NCBI GenBank assembly: GCA_951406725.2
Contig: OX597842.1
Span: 9,424,001 to 9,488,000 of the forward strand
Direction: 5' to 3'
From: Octopus vulgaris
Taxonomy: Eukaryota
Length of the DNA stretch: 64,000 bases
The notes beneath the pieces were generated by a model that worked only from the letters and a program-made list of their open reading frames with translations, searched no databases and was not told where the DNA came from. Positions 38,682 through 49,917 of this stretch are shown here, piece after piece. The position numbers and the translations under genes were made by a program. Each line of letters opens with the position of its first letter. The first letter of the stretch is position 1.

Positions 38682-39428
38682 CCGTAAATCCTCGAGTATA
38701 GTCCACCCTTGAGTATAATACGCAGGGGATTTTTAGGGGGCTGTGCCTCTGAAAAACCTAAACCTTGTGTATAATACGCACCCCTTCTCTAACTTGAATT
38801 GTGCGTAATTAAGCTAGCAGCACCTAGTCAAACAAACACTTCCGGGCATGCATAATGCAATAATGGTGATGTTCTTAACTGTTATATGGGAATGTAAATA
38901 TGTTTGCAAATTGTTTTTGTTACATGTTATTCTGTGTTCTGAATACTTTTATTTTAATAAATGTTGCTTACTGCAAGTTTTGGATGATTCTTTTATGACT
39001 TCATTGCTTTCAGGCTTAGCTTACGCCTTTTGTTACTGTATTTCTGTTGAGATGCTCAGAGTTTCTCTCAATTACTTTAGATATAATAAAGAATTTAGTA
39101 AAATAACTTAGTTATCATTCAGCTAGTGTTAGGAACATAAATTGTGACTAAGGTTTGGTGGAAGATTTTAATTCAAAACTTATGAAAACAAGACATTTGT
39201 ACTACAGAGCCAGGACCGGGTTCAGCCGGGTTGGTAATGAAAAGGTTAAGGTATTTTCATGCCCGACATCACAAAATGTGTCTGAATAAATATTGCTGGA
39301 CAGCAAATAGAGACTCGGACATTGCTTAGAAAATATTTTTCATTTTTAACCTTGTATATAGTACGCACTAGGGATTTTGACCTTTAAATTTTGGGAAAAA
39401 AATGCGGATTATACTCGAGGATTTACGG
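38682..39428. mobile_element. Tc1/pogo(Tc2)-like MITE carrying a nested TTAA-type MITE (39025..39245)
   Basis: TIRs CCGTAAATCCTCGAGTATA / TATACTCGAGGATTTACGG with TA flanks. The nested element interrupts the host at GCTTAAGG. Confidence 0.8.
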
Positions 39429-40829
39429 TACTTGTTTGTAACCCTTTAACATTCAAATTATTCTGTTAAATGTAAAGCTTCTTCATTGACATTGTTTGGA
39501 ATTAATCATGGATTATCTCATAGCTTTGAGATTTCAATGATGTGATTGAAAGTTTAATATTGTATACTCGTACACATAGTTTTAAATGTAAACAGTGTGT
39601 CATCTTCAAAAGAATTTCTTAATTTGTCATACATGTATATTTTAGCTAACATTTTAATTGCCACCATCAGTAGCCTAAGCCAGGTGTGTAACCAGCCCAC
39701 TTATGCGTACCTTCTCTTCAGTGGACACTGCTTGCAAAGACCTGTTGAGGCAAGTGAAATCGGAATTGAAATCAAATTTGATGACTGGCATCTGTGCTAG
39801 TGGAACACTAAGAGCACTATCCGAGTGTGATCGTTGCCAGAGCAGCTAACTGGCACGTAAAAAGCACCTTTCGAGCGTGATCATTACCAGCATCACCTTA
39901 TTGGCACTTGTGCCGGTGTGCAGGTGACACGTAAAAAAAAACACGATTTTCCATGACTGTTACCAGTACCACCTGACTGGCCCTCATGCCGGTGGCACGT
40001 AAAGGCACCCACTACATTCTCGGAGTGGTGGGCGTTAGGAAGGGCATCCAGCTATAGAAACTCTGCGTGATCAAGATTGGAGCTTGGTGGAGCCATCTGG
40101 CTTGCCAGTCCTCAGTCAAGTTGTCCAACCCATGCTAGCATGGAAAGCAGATGTTAAATGATGATGATGATGATGAGTACCTGGTACACATTTAAGATAT
40201 GATACTGTAAGGTATTAAGATATTTAAAATGAGGAGGATGGTCAATGCGGAAGAAGATGCCATGCAGTGGGTCTGAACCCAGAACCATGTGGTTGGTAAG
40301 CAAGCTACTTACCACACAGCCACTCTTGCGCCTATCTGTAGAGATAACCTGAACAAGTAAGGTGAAAGTGATCATACAACAGCTAAATGATAAGGATGAT
40401 GACAATGATGATGATGTTGGAAATTATGTCAATGACGATGGTGGTGATGATGATGATGACAGTGATGACAATGATGATGTATCAACGATGTGATGATGAT
40501 GGTGATGACAACGATCAACAACAGCAAGGATGATGATGGTGACAATGAAGATGATGATGATGATGACAAAGATGATGGTGATGGCGCTGATGATTGCAAT
40601 GAAGATAAAGATGATGGAGGTGATGACGGTGGTCAATAATGGTAACGGTGATGATAGAGATGGTGATTGTGATGATGATGATGATGATGATGGCAGTGGA
40701 CAATGATGGCAAGGGTGGTGGTGGTGATGATCATCATCATGGTAATGGCAATGATGATAATGGTGGTGGTGGTGGTGATGATGATGATGATGGCAGTGGA
40801 CAAAAATGGCAAGGGTGGTAATGATGATG

Positions 40830-41300
40830 ATGACAGTGTCACCTCAACAGCATTGCAGACCCCCACCCTGGGGCAAATCAATGTACCAGGCCCCATCATA
40901 TTTATATATCAACAGTAAGCAATAGTGTGCATGGTTCACAATTAGAGCCCCTAGACCCATAAGGCCCTGGGGCAACTGCCTATGGTACCCATACCTTAAG
41001 ATGCCCCCTGGTAAAGGTGATGATGATAATGGTGGTGGTGATGATGGTCATGATGATGATGATGATGGCAGTGGACAACAATGATAGTGATGATGATGAT
41101 GATGATGACAGGGTCACTTCAGCAGCATTGAAGACCTCCACCCCGGGGCAAATCAATGTACCGGGCCCTATGATATTTATATATCAACAGTAAGCAATAG
41201 TGCGCATGGTTCACAATTTGAGCCCCTAGACCCATGAGGCCCTGGGGCAACTGCCTATGGTACCCATACCTTAAGACGCCCCCTGGTAAAGGTGATGATG
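40830..41300. repeat. Two direct copies of a CAG(G/T)G...CCCTG hAT-like MITE of about 180 bp in a (GAT)n field
   Basis: About 40833..41010 and 41109..41285 align almost fully; period about 276. Confidence 0.65.
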
Positions 41301-41471
41301 ATGGTAACAATCAATGGTGGCAGTGACAATGATATTGATGATGATGATGATGATGATGATGACAGTAACAACAATGACTTAACATAGGAATATTAAAGCT
41401 AACCCTTTCCAAGTATTTGACTGATATTTGAAATCTGTTGCTGGGAAATAATAACAAGAGCAGCAACAGAT

Positions 41472-41976
41472 TTAAAGCTCAACTTTCGAGGAATCCAATG
41501 AACAAATCTCCTCGTAGTTACAGTTTAGGAAGCTCCCGTATCTTGACATGAACTTCTCCAAGGGGCAGGTCGCTCCGCATCCAGGTACAGCCACTGGGTG
41601 CTTGTTGACGTAGATCTGCACCACGTAGTCCTCGTGGTTGGGCCTTTTGTCTTCCGACTGCCCATCATCATGCTTGCTGTTCGTTGCCTCAGTTACCCAT
41701 CGAGGCTCCACTGCTTCTGATGTCGGCTGATTGCCCGCTGCGTCTGTCATCTGTGCGTTTTCTGCTGCATCGGATGTCTGCTGTGGGCTGCAGTGGTATG
41801 CAACGGCGACTATGTTTGCACCAAACGGCAAGATGAAGCTGGTACGGAACTTGCGGTTGACAACCTGCTCGTAGCTTTCCGACTGGAGGAAATCAGAATC
41901 ATTAAAGAGCCCCAGGGCAGCATAGAGTGGGGCCATTGTCTCAGCATGTCCAAACATAAATTTGGCCACTGTGTAC
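41472..41976 (-). CDS. MINPP1: MINPP1 terminal coding exon
   Basis: Acceptor TTTGCAG. Encodes FGHAETMAPLYAALGLF, RKFRTSFILPFGANI and ends SSKVEL*, a KDEL-like ER retrieval signal. The four exons sum to 1569 nt (522 aa plus stop). Confidence 0.92.
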
Positions 41977-42813
41977 CTGCAAATAAAAAAGCCAATAAGG
42001 TTACTTTATGATGGACATCAGTGAAAATAGGGAGAAGAGAAGTGTCAGACTGGAAGAGGGGTCAGAGACCCCTTTACAAAATATATTAATCCTTAATATA
42101 CCTTAAATGACAATCTGCTGTCTTAAGTAATGAAGGGATACTTTTGATTATGTAGTCCTAGATACACTGTGCCTGAATAAAAGATGGGATGGTCACAGCT
42201 GGAACGTCTTTGATCATAGGTCTGGAGCTGGACTGACTAGGGGTTAAACAATACCAACAGAAGTAACAGCAATCGTGTTCACACACACACCACCTCCAAC
42301 CTTTCCTATACTTTATATCACAGCTAACATCATTCTGGTGTTACACAGCATACCTTCTGTCTACCTGTAACACACCTGCAAACAGTGAAAATATGAACCC
42401 AGATAGGCACAGGTGAGGCTGTGTGGTAAGAAGCTTGCTTCCCAACCACACGATTTTGGGTTCAGTCCCACTGCATGGCACCTTGGGCAAGTGTCTTCTA
42501 CTATAGCCTTGGGCCGACCAAAGCCTTATGAGGGGGATTTGGTAGATGGAAACTGAAAGAAGCCAATCATATATAAAGTTATATATACGTTTGTGTGCCT
42601 TTGTGTCTGTGTTTGTCCCCCACGCTTGGCACTGGTGTTGGGGTGTTTATGTCCCTGTAACTTAGTTGTTTGGCAAAAGAGCCCAATTGAATAAGTAGCA
42701 GGATTTTTTTTTAAAATAAGTATTGGGGTCAATTCATTCAATTAAAAAATTTTCAAGGTGGTGCCCCAGCATGGCCACAGTCAAACAAGTAAAAGATAAA
42801 AGATACCACAAAC

Positions 42814-42929
42814 CTTTCCCCTGCAATGTGGGCATTGACGGAATTCTGGAGATCCTCAACGATGCTTTTGGCAAGAGGGCAGCTTTGTTCATAACTGATC
42901 TGGTTGCCATAGGAACACTTCCAGTATTG
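42814..42929 (-). CDS. MINPP1: MINPP1 coding exon 3
   Basis: Acceptor CATCAG, donor AAG|GTTTGT. The 116 nt encode QYWKCSYGNQISYEQSCPLAKSIVEDLQNSVNAHIAGE(R), with the MINPP1 QYWK.GYG..I....SC.L block; phase 2 fits the next exon. Confidence 0.88.
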
Positions 42930-43150
42930 CTGATGGTGATTAGAAAATAGAAAATCAATAAAGAATACTTCAGTATATTGAACTTTCCATATTGGCACAA
43001 GAACATTACATGTTTAGAGTAGAGTGTAGAGTTGATTAAAATCTTCCCCAGTATACCACTGCTACTCTATCAACCCCAGAAGGACAAAAGGTGAAGTCAG
43101 TGTTAGTCTTCTATTATAACTCCATTGACATCCAGGATGTTTTATAGGTA

Positions 43151-43610
43151 CCGCAAATCCTCGAGTATAGTCCGCCCTTGAGTATAATACGCAGGGGACT
43201 CTTAGGGGGCTGTACCTCTGAAAAACCTAAACTTCTCTAACTTGAGCCAAGGAGGTCTATATAACGTTCTTGGTTTGTAAAAATGTATACGGTAACGTCC
43301 TTTATTATTATTGTATATATAACATAATGCAAACGTGTAGCTTTTTTGTGCATTTTGTTTGCAGAAAATAAAGAAATAACAGTAACAACGTTTAATAAAT
43401 GTTGCTTACTGCAAGTTATGGATGATTCTTTTATGACTTCATTGCTTTCAGGCTTAGCTTAAGGGATTTTCGCACCCGACAAACAAATAGAGACTCGGAC
43501 ATTGCTTAGAAAATATTTTTCATTTTTAACCTCGTATATAATACGCACTAGGGATTTTGACCTTTGAATTTTTGGGGGAAAAAATGCGGATTATACTCGA
43601 GGATTTACGG
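43151..43610. mobile_element. Tc1/pogo(Tc2)-like MITE
   Basis: Same TIRs and internal sequence as the 12684 and 38682 copies; TA flanks. Confidence 0.8.
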
Positions 43611-44093
43611 TATATTAAATCTACCCCAGTATTTCACTGCTACTTTATTTGATTAACCGCGAGAAAGATGAAAGATAAAGTTAGTGTTAGTCTTCTATTA
43701 TAATTCCATTCACATCCAGGATGTTTTATAGGAATATTAAATCTACTTCAGAGTTTCACTATTTTATTATAAACTCTTTCAATGCTCTGTACTTAATGCA
43801 CACAGACTTTGTATACGTGACGGCCTGTCTATTATTATGCATATATGATGCAAATACATACACGTTATCCTATCAATAAAATCTTCTCTTAAACATTCTA
43901 CCTGGTTGTGTCTCTTTTTTCCTTCTGGCACTTATACACATTTATCCTTTTCATATTTATTGTATCGACTGTGTGATGTGCAAAGGAGCTATTCTTGTCA
44001 CCCCTCATTTACAAACTCAGAGCATAAAAACAGACAAAATGCCATTAAGCAGTAACGACTACCAGCTCATCGCCTTAAATTATGATAATAATG

Positions 44094-44149
<56 letters not shown>

Positions 44150-45169
44150 CATCATCATCATCATCATTTAGCGTCCGCTTTCCATGCTAGCATGGGTTGG
44201 ACGGTTCATCTGGGGTCTGGGAAGCCAGAAGGCTGCACCAGGCCCAGTCTGATCTGGCAATGTTTCTACGGCTGGAAGCCCTTCCTAATGCCAACCACTC
44301 TGTGAGTGTAGTGGGTGCTTTTCACGTGCCACCAGCACAGGGGCCAGTCAGGGCTGGCAAACGGCCACAGTCAGATGGTGCTTTTTACGTGCCACCGGCA
44401 CGGGGGCCAGGCGAGGCTGGCAACGGCCATGATCGGATGGTTCACTTACGTGCCACTGGCACTGGTATCACAGCTGCAATTTCCATTGATGTTGATCGAT
44501 TTCAATTTTCATAATAATAATAATAATTCTTTCTACTATAGGCACAAGGCCTGTAACTTTTGGTGAAGGAGCAAGTTGATTACATTGACCCCATTACTCA
44601 ACTGGTACTTAATTTATCGACCTCGAAAGGATAAAGGACAAAGTCAACCTCGGCAGAGGTTGATAATGATAATGTTAATAATTCTTTCTACTGGAAGCAC
44701 AAAGCCTCAAATTTGGTGGAAGGGATTAAGTCGATAACATCGAACTAAGTGCATGACTGGTACTTAATTTATCAACCCCGAAAAGATGAAAGGCAAAGTT
44801 GACCCCAGCGGCATTTGAACTCAATGATAACGATAATATGATACAAAGCCAGCAATTTAGGGTACAGCATAAGTCAGTTACATCAACCCCAGTGCATAAC
44901 TGGTACTTATTATTATCATCAACCCTGAAAGGATGAAAGGCAAAGTCTATCTTGGTGGAATTTGAATGTCACGAAGCATTTTGCCTGGTTTTCCACCTTA
45001 GATGATGATAACAATGATGATGATGATGATAATAGCTCTGTGAACTTTTCTTCATCTTGTTGTTTACCTTGGTTCCAATGCTATGCAGGGCACCTATCTG
45101 GGTGATCTAATTAACTGCAGTGATGGCTGTTCAGATAACATTGTGATCAAGAAGTTACCTTCTTTTCAG

Positions 45170-45990
45170 TTTACCTATGAAATTAGGTCAACTAGGTGGT
45201 TTAATCAGCTAATTTTACGAAACTACAGGTGACCTATTTAGCACTTAAAAGTACAGGTATTTCGTCAATATTCCAAAACATTTGGTCACCTAGGTGATTT
45301 GATCAGCCACTTTTACGAAACCTCAGGTGACCTAATTAGCACTTAAAAGTACAGGTATTTCTTTTTCTTTAATTTTCCAGAACATTTGGTCACCTAGGTG
45401 ATTTGTTCAATCACTTTTACGAAACTACAGGTAACCTATTTAGCACTTAAAAGAACAGGTATTTCTTCAATTTTCCAAAACATTTGGTCACCTGGATGGT
45501 TTGATCAGCTAATTTTATGAAACTTCAGATGACCTAATTAACACTTAAAAGTACAGGTATTTTGTCAATTTTCCAGAACATTTGGTCACCTAGGTGATTT
45601 GATCAGCTAAATTTACGAAACTATAGGTGACCTATTTAGCACTTCAAAGTACAGGTATTTCGTCAATTTTCCAAAACATTTGGTCACCTGAATGGTTTGA
45701 TCAGCCACTTTTACGAAACTACAGGTGACCTAATTAGCACTTAAAACTACAGGTATTTCGTCAATTTTCCAAAACATTTGGTCACCTGGATGGTTTGATC
45801 AGCTAATTTTATGAAACTTCAGATGACCTAATTAACACTTAAAAGTACAGGTATTTTGTCAATTTTCCAAAACATTTGGTCACCTGGGTGATTTGATCAG
45901 CTACTTTTATGAAACTTCAGGTGACCTAATTAGCTATTTCTATGGAACAGAACCACTGAGCAGGTACTTCATCAATTTTCCAGAACACCT
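45170..45990. repeat. 98-bp satellite, about 8 copies, in a MINPP1 intron
   Basis: A(G/A)CACTT(A/C)AAA recurs at about 45240, 45338, 45442, 45540, 45638, 45736 and 45834. Confidence 0.9.
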
Positions 45991-46293
45991 GGCTTCAAAA
46001 CCTTTCCAGATTAATGATTTTCCCAAACCATGGCTGCTTGATATACCTTAATCACCATGCTCTAAGTCAAACAAATAGCAGTTTCACATTTTGGCACAAG
46101 GCCGGCAATTTCAGGGGAGGGGGTAAGTTAATGACATCAACCCCAGGGCTCAGCTGATATTTATTTTATCAACCCTGAAAGAGATGAAAAGCAAAGTCGA
46201 CCTCAGTGGAATTTGAACTCGGAACACAAAGACGAACAAAATACCACTAAGCATTTTGCTTGGTGAGCTAACAAATCTGCCAGCTAACTACCT

Positions 46294-46324
<31 letters not shown>

Positions 46325-46325
46325 A

Positions 46326-46356
<31 letters not shown>

Positions 46357-47161
46357 TAATGATAATAATAATAATAATAATAATCCTACACAAAACATTC
46401 AATACAGTAACCATAAGAGCATAATAATAGTAGTAGTAGTAGTAGTAGTAGTAGCAGCAGCAGTATTAATAATAATAATAATAATCCTTTCTACTAAAGA
46501 CACAAGGCCTGAAATTTGAGGGGAGGAGACTAGTTGATTACATCGACCCCAGTGTTGTTTCCCTGGTACTTAATTTATCGACCCCAAAAGATCAAAGGCA
46601 AAGTTGACCTCAGCGGCATTTGAACTCAGAATGTAAAGACAAACGAAATGCTGTGAAGAATTTTGTGAACAATTCTGCCAGCTTTTCACCTTAGTAGTAG
46701 TAGTAGTAGTAATAATAATAATAATAATAATAATAATACAAGGATCCCCTGATGCAGTACCAGGCAATGGCTCTCATGGCTTCTGATCTTAGCTGATTGG
46801 AAGTGTTATCATGTACATTGTTTTGTCTTGGTATAAAAGATGGGTTATAGCAAATATTCTGCTCAATACCACAGATTTGCTTGTCAGTTGTTTGACCTTA
46901 ACCAGTTGAGCATGTCCCCTAGATGCTGACGATATGTGCATCTCTGATCACGAGCAGAAGCAGTGGGGGAGCATCATAGCCATGGGTTGAGAGGGATTCT
47001 TGGAGGTTTGGATGATTCACCTATGGAAACATGGGTGGTTCGTTCAACATCCTTAAACAATCCTTATTCAGGGACCTTTTGAGCGGGATGGGCTACTTGA
47101 CCAGAAGAAAATTCTACTGCCCCCCCCCCCGCTGTAAGATCATGCGCTGTTTGTGTTCCCA

Positions 47162-47916
47162 TCAGTTTTTAACATGGGGCAGGTCCAGGATTTTGCAAAT
47201 TACCCAGTGAATATATTGTGCTGCTCTATCATGCCTTTTGAGATATTCTGAAGGTGCATGAAGACTGCACATGGAGACAACATGATCAATGGTTTCATTT
47301 TGTTGTTGACATACATGACATATTGGGCTACTGCCGTTCTTTAATATGTTGGCCTGGTAATTCCTTGCAGGTAGGCATTGATCTTGAGCTGCTATGATAA
47401 ACCCTTCTGTTCCTGATTTTAAGCCAGAAGACACTAACCATTGATAGATAAGGGCTTTGTCAACATCTGCATTATTCACTCTCTTTGGGTATTTACTATT
47501 GAGAAGTTTTTCTTGCCATTTATCAGTAAGAATATTTAAGGCAGTAGTTTTAGCACAGGTTTTCATGCGCTTAGGTTTTTCTGTGTTTGTTTCTAGAACA
47601 TCTAATTCTGGAATTTATTGCATTTGGAATTCACTTAGATATTCCTTTGCTTGTTTTGTTACTGAGTATGATGCTTTCTTGTTTTCACGTTTTGAGACAA
47701 GTTTTAACATCCAGTCCTCAGAGTTTTTCAGGTAAGAGTCTAGGCCAATTGTGGCACTCTTCTTTGTTAATTCCAGTTGTAAAAGTCCAAGGCCTCCCTC
47801 TTTTCTTGGCAGATAAAGTCACTCTGCCTTAGGGTGATGCATTCTACGCATTGTCAACAATTTTTGTATTTTTCTGTCAAGATTACATATTTCAGCATTT
47901 GACCAGTTAATGATAT
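47162..47916 (-). pseudogene. Non-LTR retrotransposon fragment (R4/Dong-like, post-RT region with CCHC knuckle)
   Basis: LDRKIQKLLTMRRMHHPKA...; GFIIAAQDQCLPARNY...CHVCQQQNETIDHVVSMC...YLKRHDRAAQYIHW. Frameshifted and next to (TAA)n. Confidence 0.75.
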
Positions 47917-47966
47917 TAATATTGTTATTATTATTATTATTATTATTATGATTATTATTATTATTA

Positions 47967-48523
47967 TTGAGTGAGAGAGCAGTGCATGCCTTCAAAGTGA
48001 CACTGGGGTAAAATATACGAAGCCCAGTATACCCATCGTGACTACCCGTCTGATAAGGGTACACCAGGCACATGCATCACAACCATATGTGCGCAACATG
48101 GTGATCTCATATCAAGATAAACAGCAGATGACCTTGCAGGTGGGGCCCACTTAGAATTTTCTTCTGGTCGAGTAGCCCATCCTGATCAAAAGGTCCCTGA
48201 ATAAGAATTGTTTAAGGATGATGAACAAAACATCCATGTTTCCAAAGGTGAATTATCCAAACCCCAAAGAATCCTTCTCAACACACGGCTATGATGCTCC
48301 CCCACTACTTCTGCTCATGATCAGAGATACACATATCATCAGCCACCAAGAGACATGCTCAACTGGTTAAAGTCAAACAACTGGCAAGCAAATCTGTGGT
48401 ATTGAGCAGAATATTTGCTGTAGCCCATCTTTTATACCAAGACAAAACAATATACATGATAACACTTCCAATCAGTTAAGATCAGAAGCCACGAGAGCCA
48501 CTGCCTGGTACTGCATCAGGGCA
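47967..48523 (-). mobile_element. Element of about 560 bp inserted in (TAA)n; truncated copies at 46745..47150 (+) and 26541..26990 (+)
   Basis: Three alignable copies, each abutting (AAT)n tracts; full copy runs GCCCTGATGCAG...CTCTCTCACTC. Confidence 0.65.
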
Positions 48524-48583
48524 TTATTATTATTATTATTATTATTATTATCACAGACAGATAGATAGAAAAAAAAAAATCAC

Positions 48584-48705
48584 CTTCAGATCTCCAAGAT
48601 ATTCAAGAACCTTGAAGTCATCCTCATCAAAAAGTTGGCACCAATTTGAAACATTGGTGAAGCATTGTTCAATGGCACATGCGACATGCATGACACGTAC
48701 ATCTT
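48584..48705 (-). CDS. MINPP1: MINPP1 coding exon 2
   Basis: Acceptor TTTTGCAG, donor AAG|GTGAT. The 122 nt join in frame: (E)DVRVMHVACAIEQCFTNVSNWCQLFDEDDFKVLEYLGDLK, matching the MINPP1 WC..F...D.KVLEY..DLK block. Not in the ORF track. Confidence 0.9.
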
Positions 48706-48894
48706 CTGCAAAATAATTAAGAATAACCAATAATTAGAAAAGTTGATTTCTAACACACACACAGGGGTTCAAATACATGTGGTGGGTTCGAGATAAAGTA
48801 GAAGAGTAACACCTCAAGAATTATTATTATTATTATTACTGTTATTTACATTATTTACATTCGACGGATATTTGTCCTCATCTTGTTTGTTGTT

Positions 48895-48940
48895 AACACA
48901 ACGTTTCAGCTGATATAACCTCCAGCCTTCATCAGGTGTC
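48895..48940 (-). ncRNA. Minimal type I hammerhead ribozyme (family 1, best preserved stem III)
   Basis: Reverse complement GACAC-CTGATGA-A-GGCTG...CAGCT-GAAA-CG-TT-GTGTT with the palindromic AACGTT stem III typical of minimal PLE hammerheads. Other copies: 10349..10394(-), 10643..10688(-), 49342..49387(-), 49581..49623(+), 50939..50981(+). Confidence 0.7.
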
Positions 48941-49871
48941 TTGGGGAAATTTTGAACCTAGGTTCTTATTCCTAAGGTATTTAGGAATACCTTAGGAGTC
49001 CGATTCCAAGCACTGACCTGAACAATAACAATAATAATAATAATAATAACAACGAAAAATACCTTAGGAATGAGAATCCAGATTCGAAATTTCTCCCAAG
49101 ACACCTGAAGAAGGCTGGAGGGTTTATCAGCACGTTTTAGAATTTTTGTAAACAAGGAATTATAAATAACGAGCGAGCTTGTGATTACTTTTACGACTAT
49201 TTAATTAAACTGATTTAATTGCTGTTTTATAACATTTCAAAAAAAAATATATATATATATCACAGTTCTATATTTAAGAGATGAGGAATTATGTACATTA
49301 TTTACATTCGACGGATATTTGTCCTCATCTTGTTTGTTGTTAACACAACATTTCAGCTGATATACCCTCCAACCTTCATCAGGTGTCTTGGGGAAATTTT
49401 GAACCTGAGTTCTCATTCCTAAGGTATTTTTCAATGTTGTTGATATTATTATTGTTATTATTGTTATTATTCAGGTCACTGCCTGGAATCAAACTCAAAA
49501 TCTTGGGGTTAGTAACCCACGCTCTTAACCACTACACCATATGCCCATGGAATGAGAAGCCAGGTTAAAAATTTCCCCAAGACACCTGAAGAAGGCTGGA
49601 GAGTATATCAGCTGAAACGTGTTAACAACAAACAAGATGAGGACAAATATCCGTCAAATGTAAATAATGTAAATAATGTACATAATTCCTCATCTCTTAA
49701 ATATGGAACTGTATTATCTAATCAGTACGGAGCCGACATTAGACTTCAATGGAGACATATAGAGAAACTCCATCAAAAACTAGCTCTTCTTTCAAACCAT
49801 CTAACTTTCCTGTGTAGATGTAGAGACTCAAATACCTTAGGAATGTGAACCCAGGTTCGAAATTTCCCCAA

Positions 49872-49917
49872 GACACCTGATGAAGGCTGGAGGGTATATC
49901 AGTCGAAATGTTGTGTT
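49872..49917 (+). ncRNA. Minimal type I hammerhead ribozyme (family 1)
   Basis: GACAC-CTGATGA-A-GGCTG(gagggtatat)CAGTC-GAAA-TG-TT-GTGTT: stem I GACAC/GTGTT, stem II GGCTG/CAGTC, core CUGAUGA and GAAA. Confidence 0.7.

Noticed and set aside
46745-46810. HDV-like ribozyme at the 5' end of the (TAA)n element, and in the 157-bp tail unit
   Set aside because: I could not assemble P1, P2 and P3 in the required order by eye.
49474-49546. Functional tRNA gene (also the SINE heads at 5132, 22790, 50860, 59759)
   Set aside because: T-arm and acceptor pairing are poor and each head is attached to a repeat body, so they are tRNA-derived heads.
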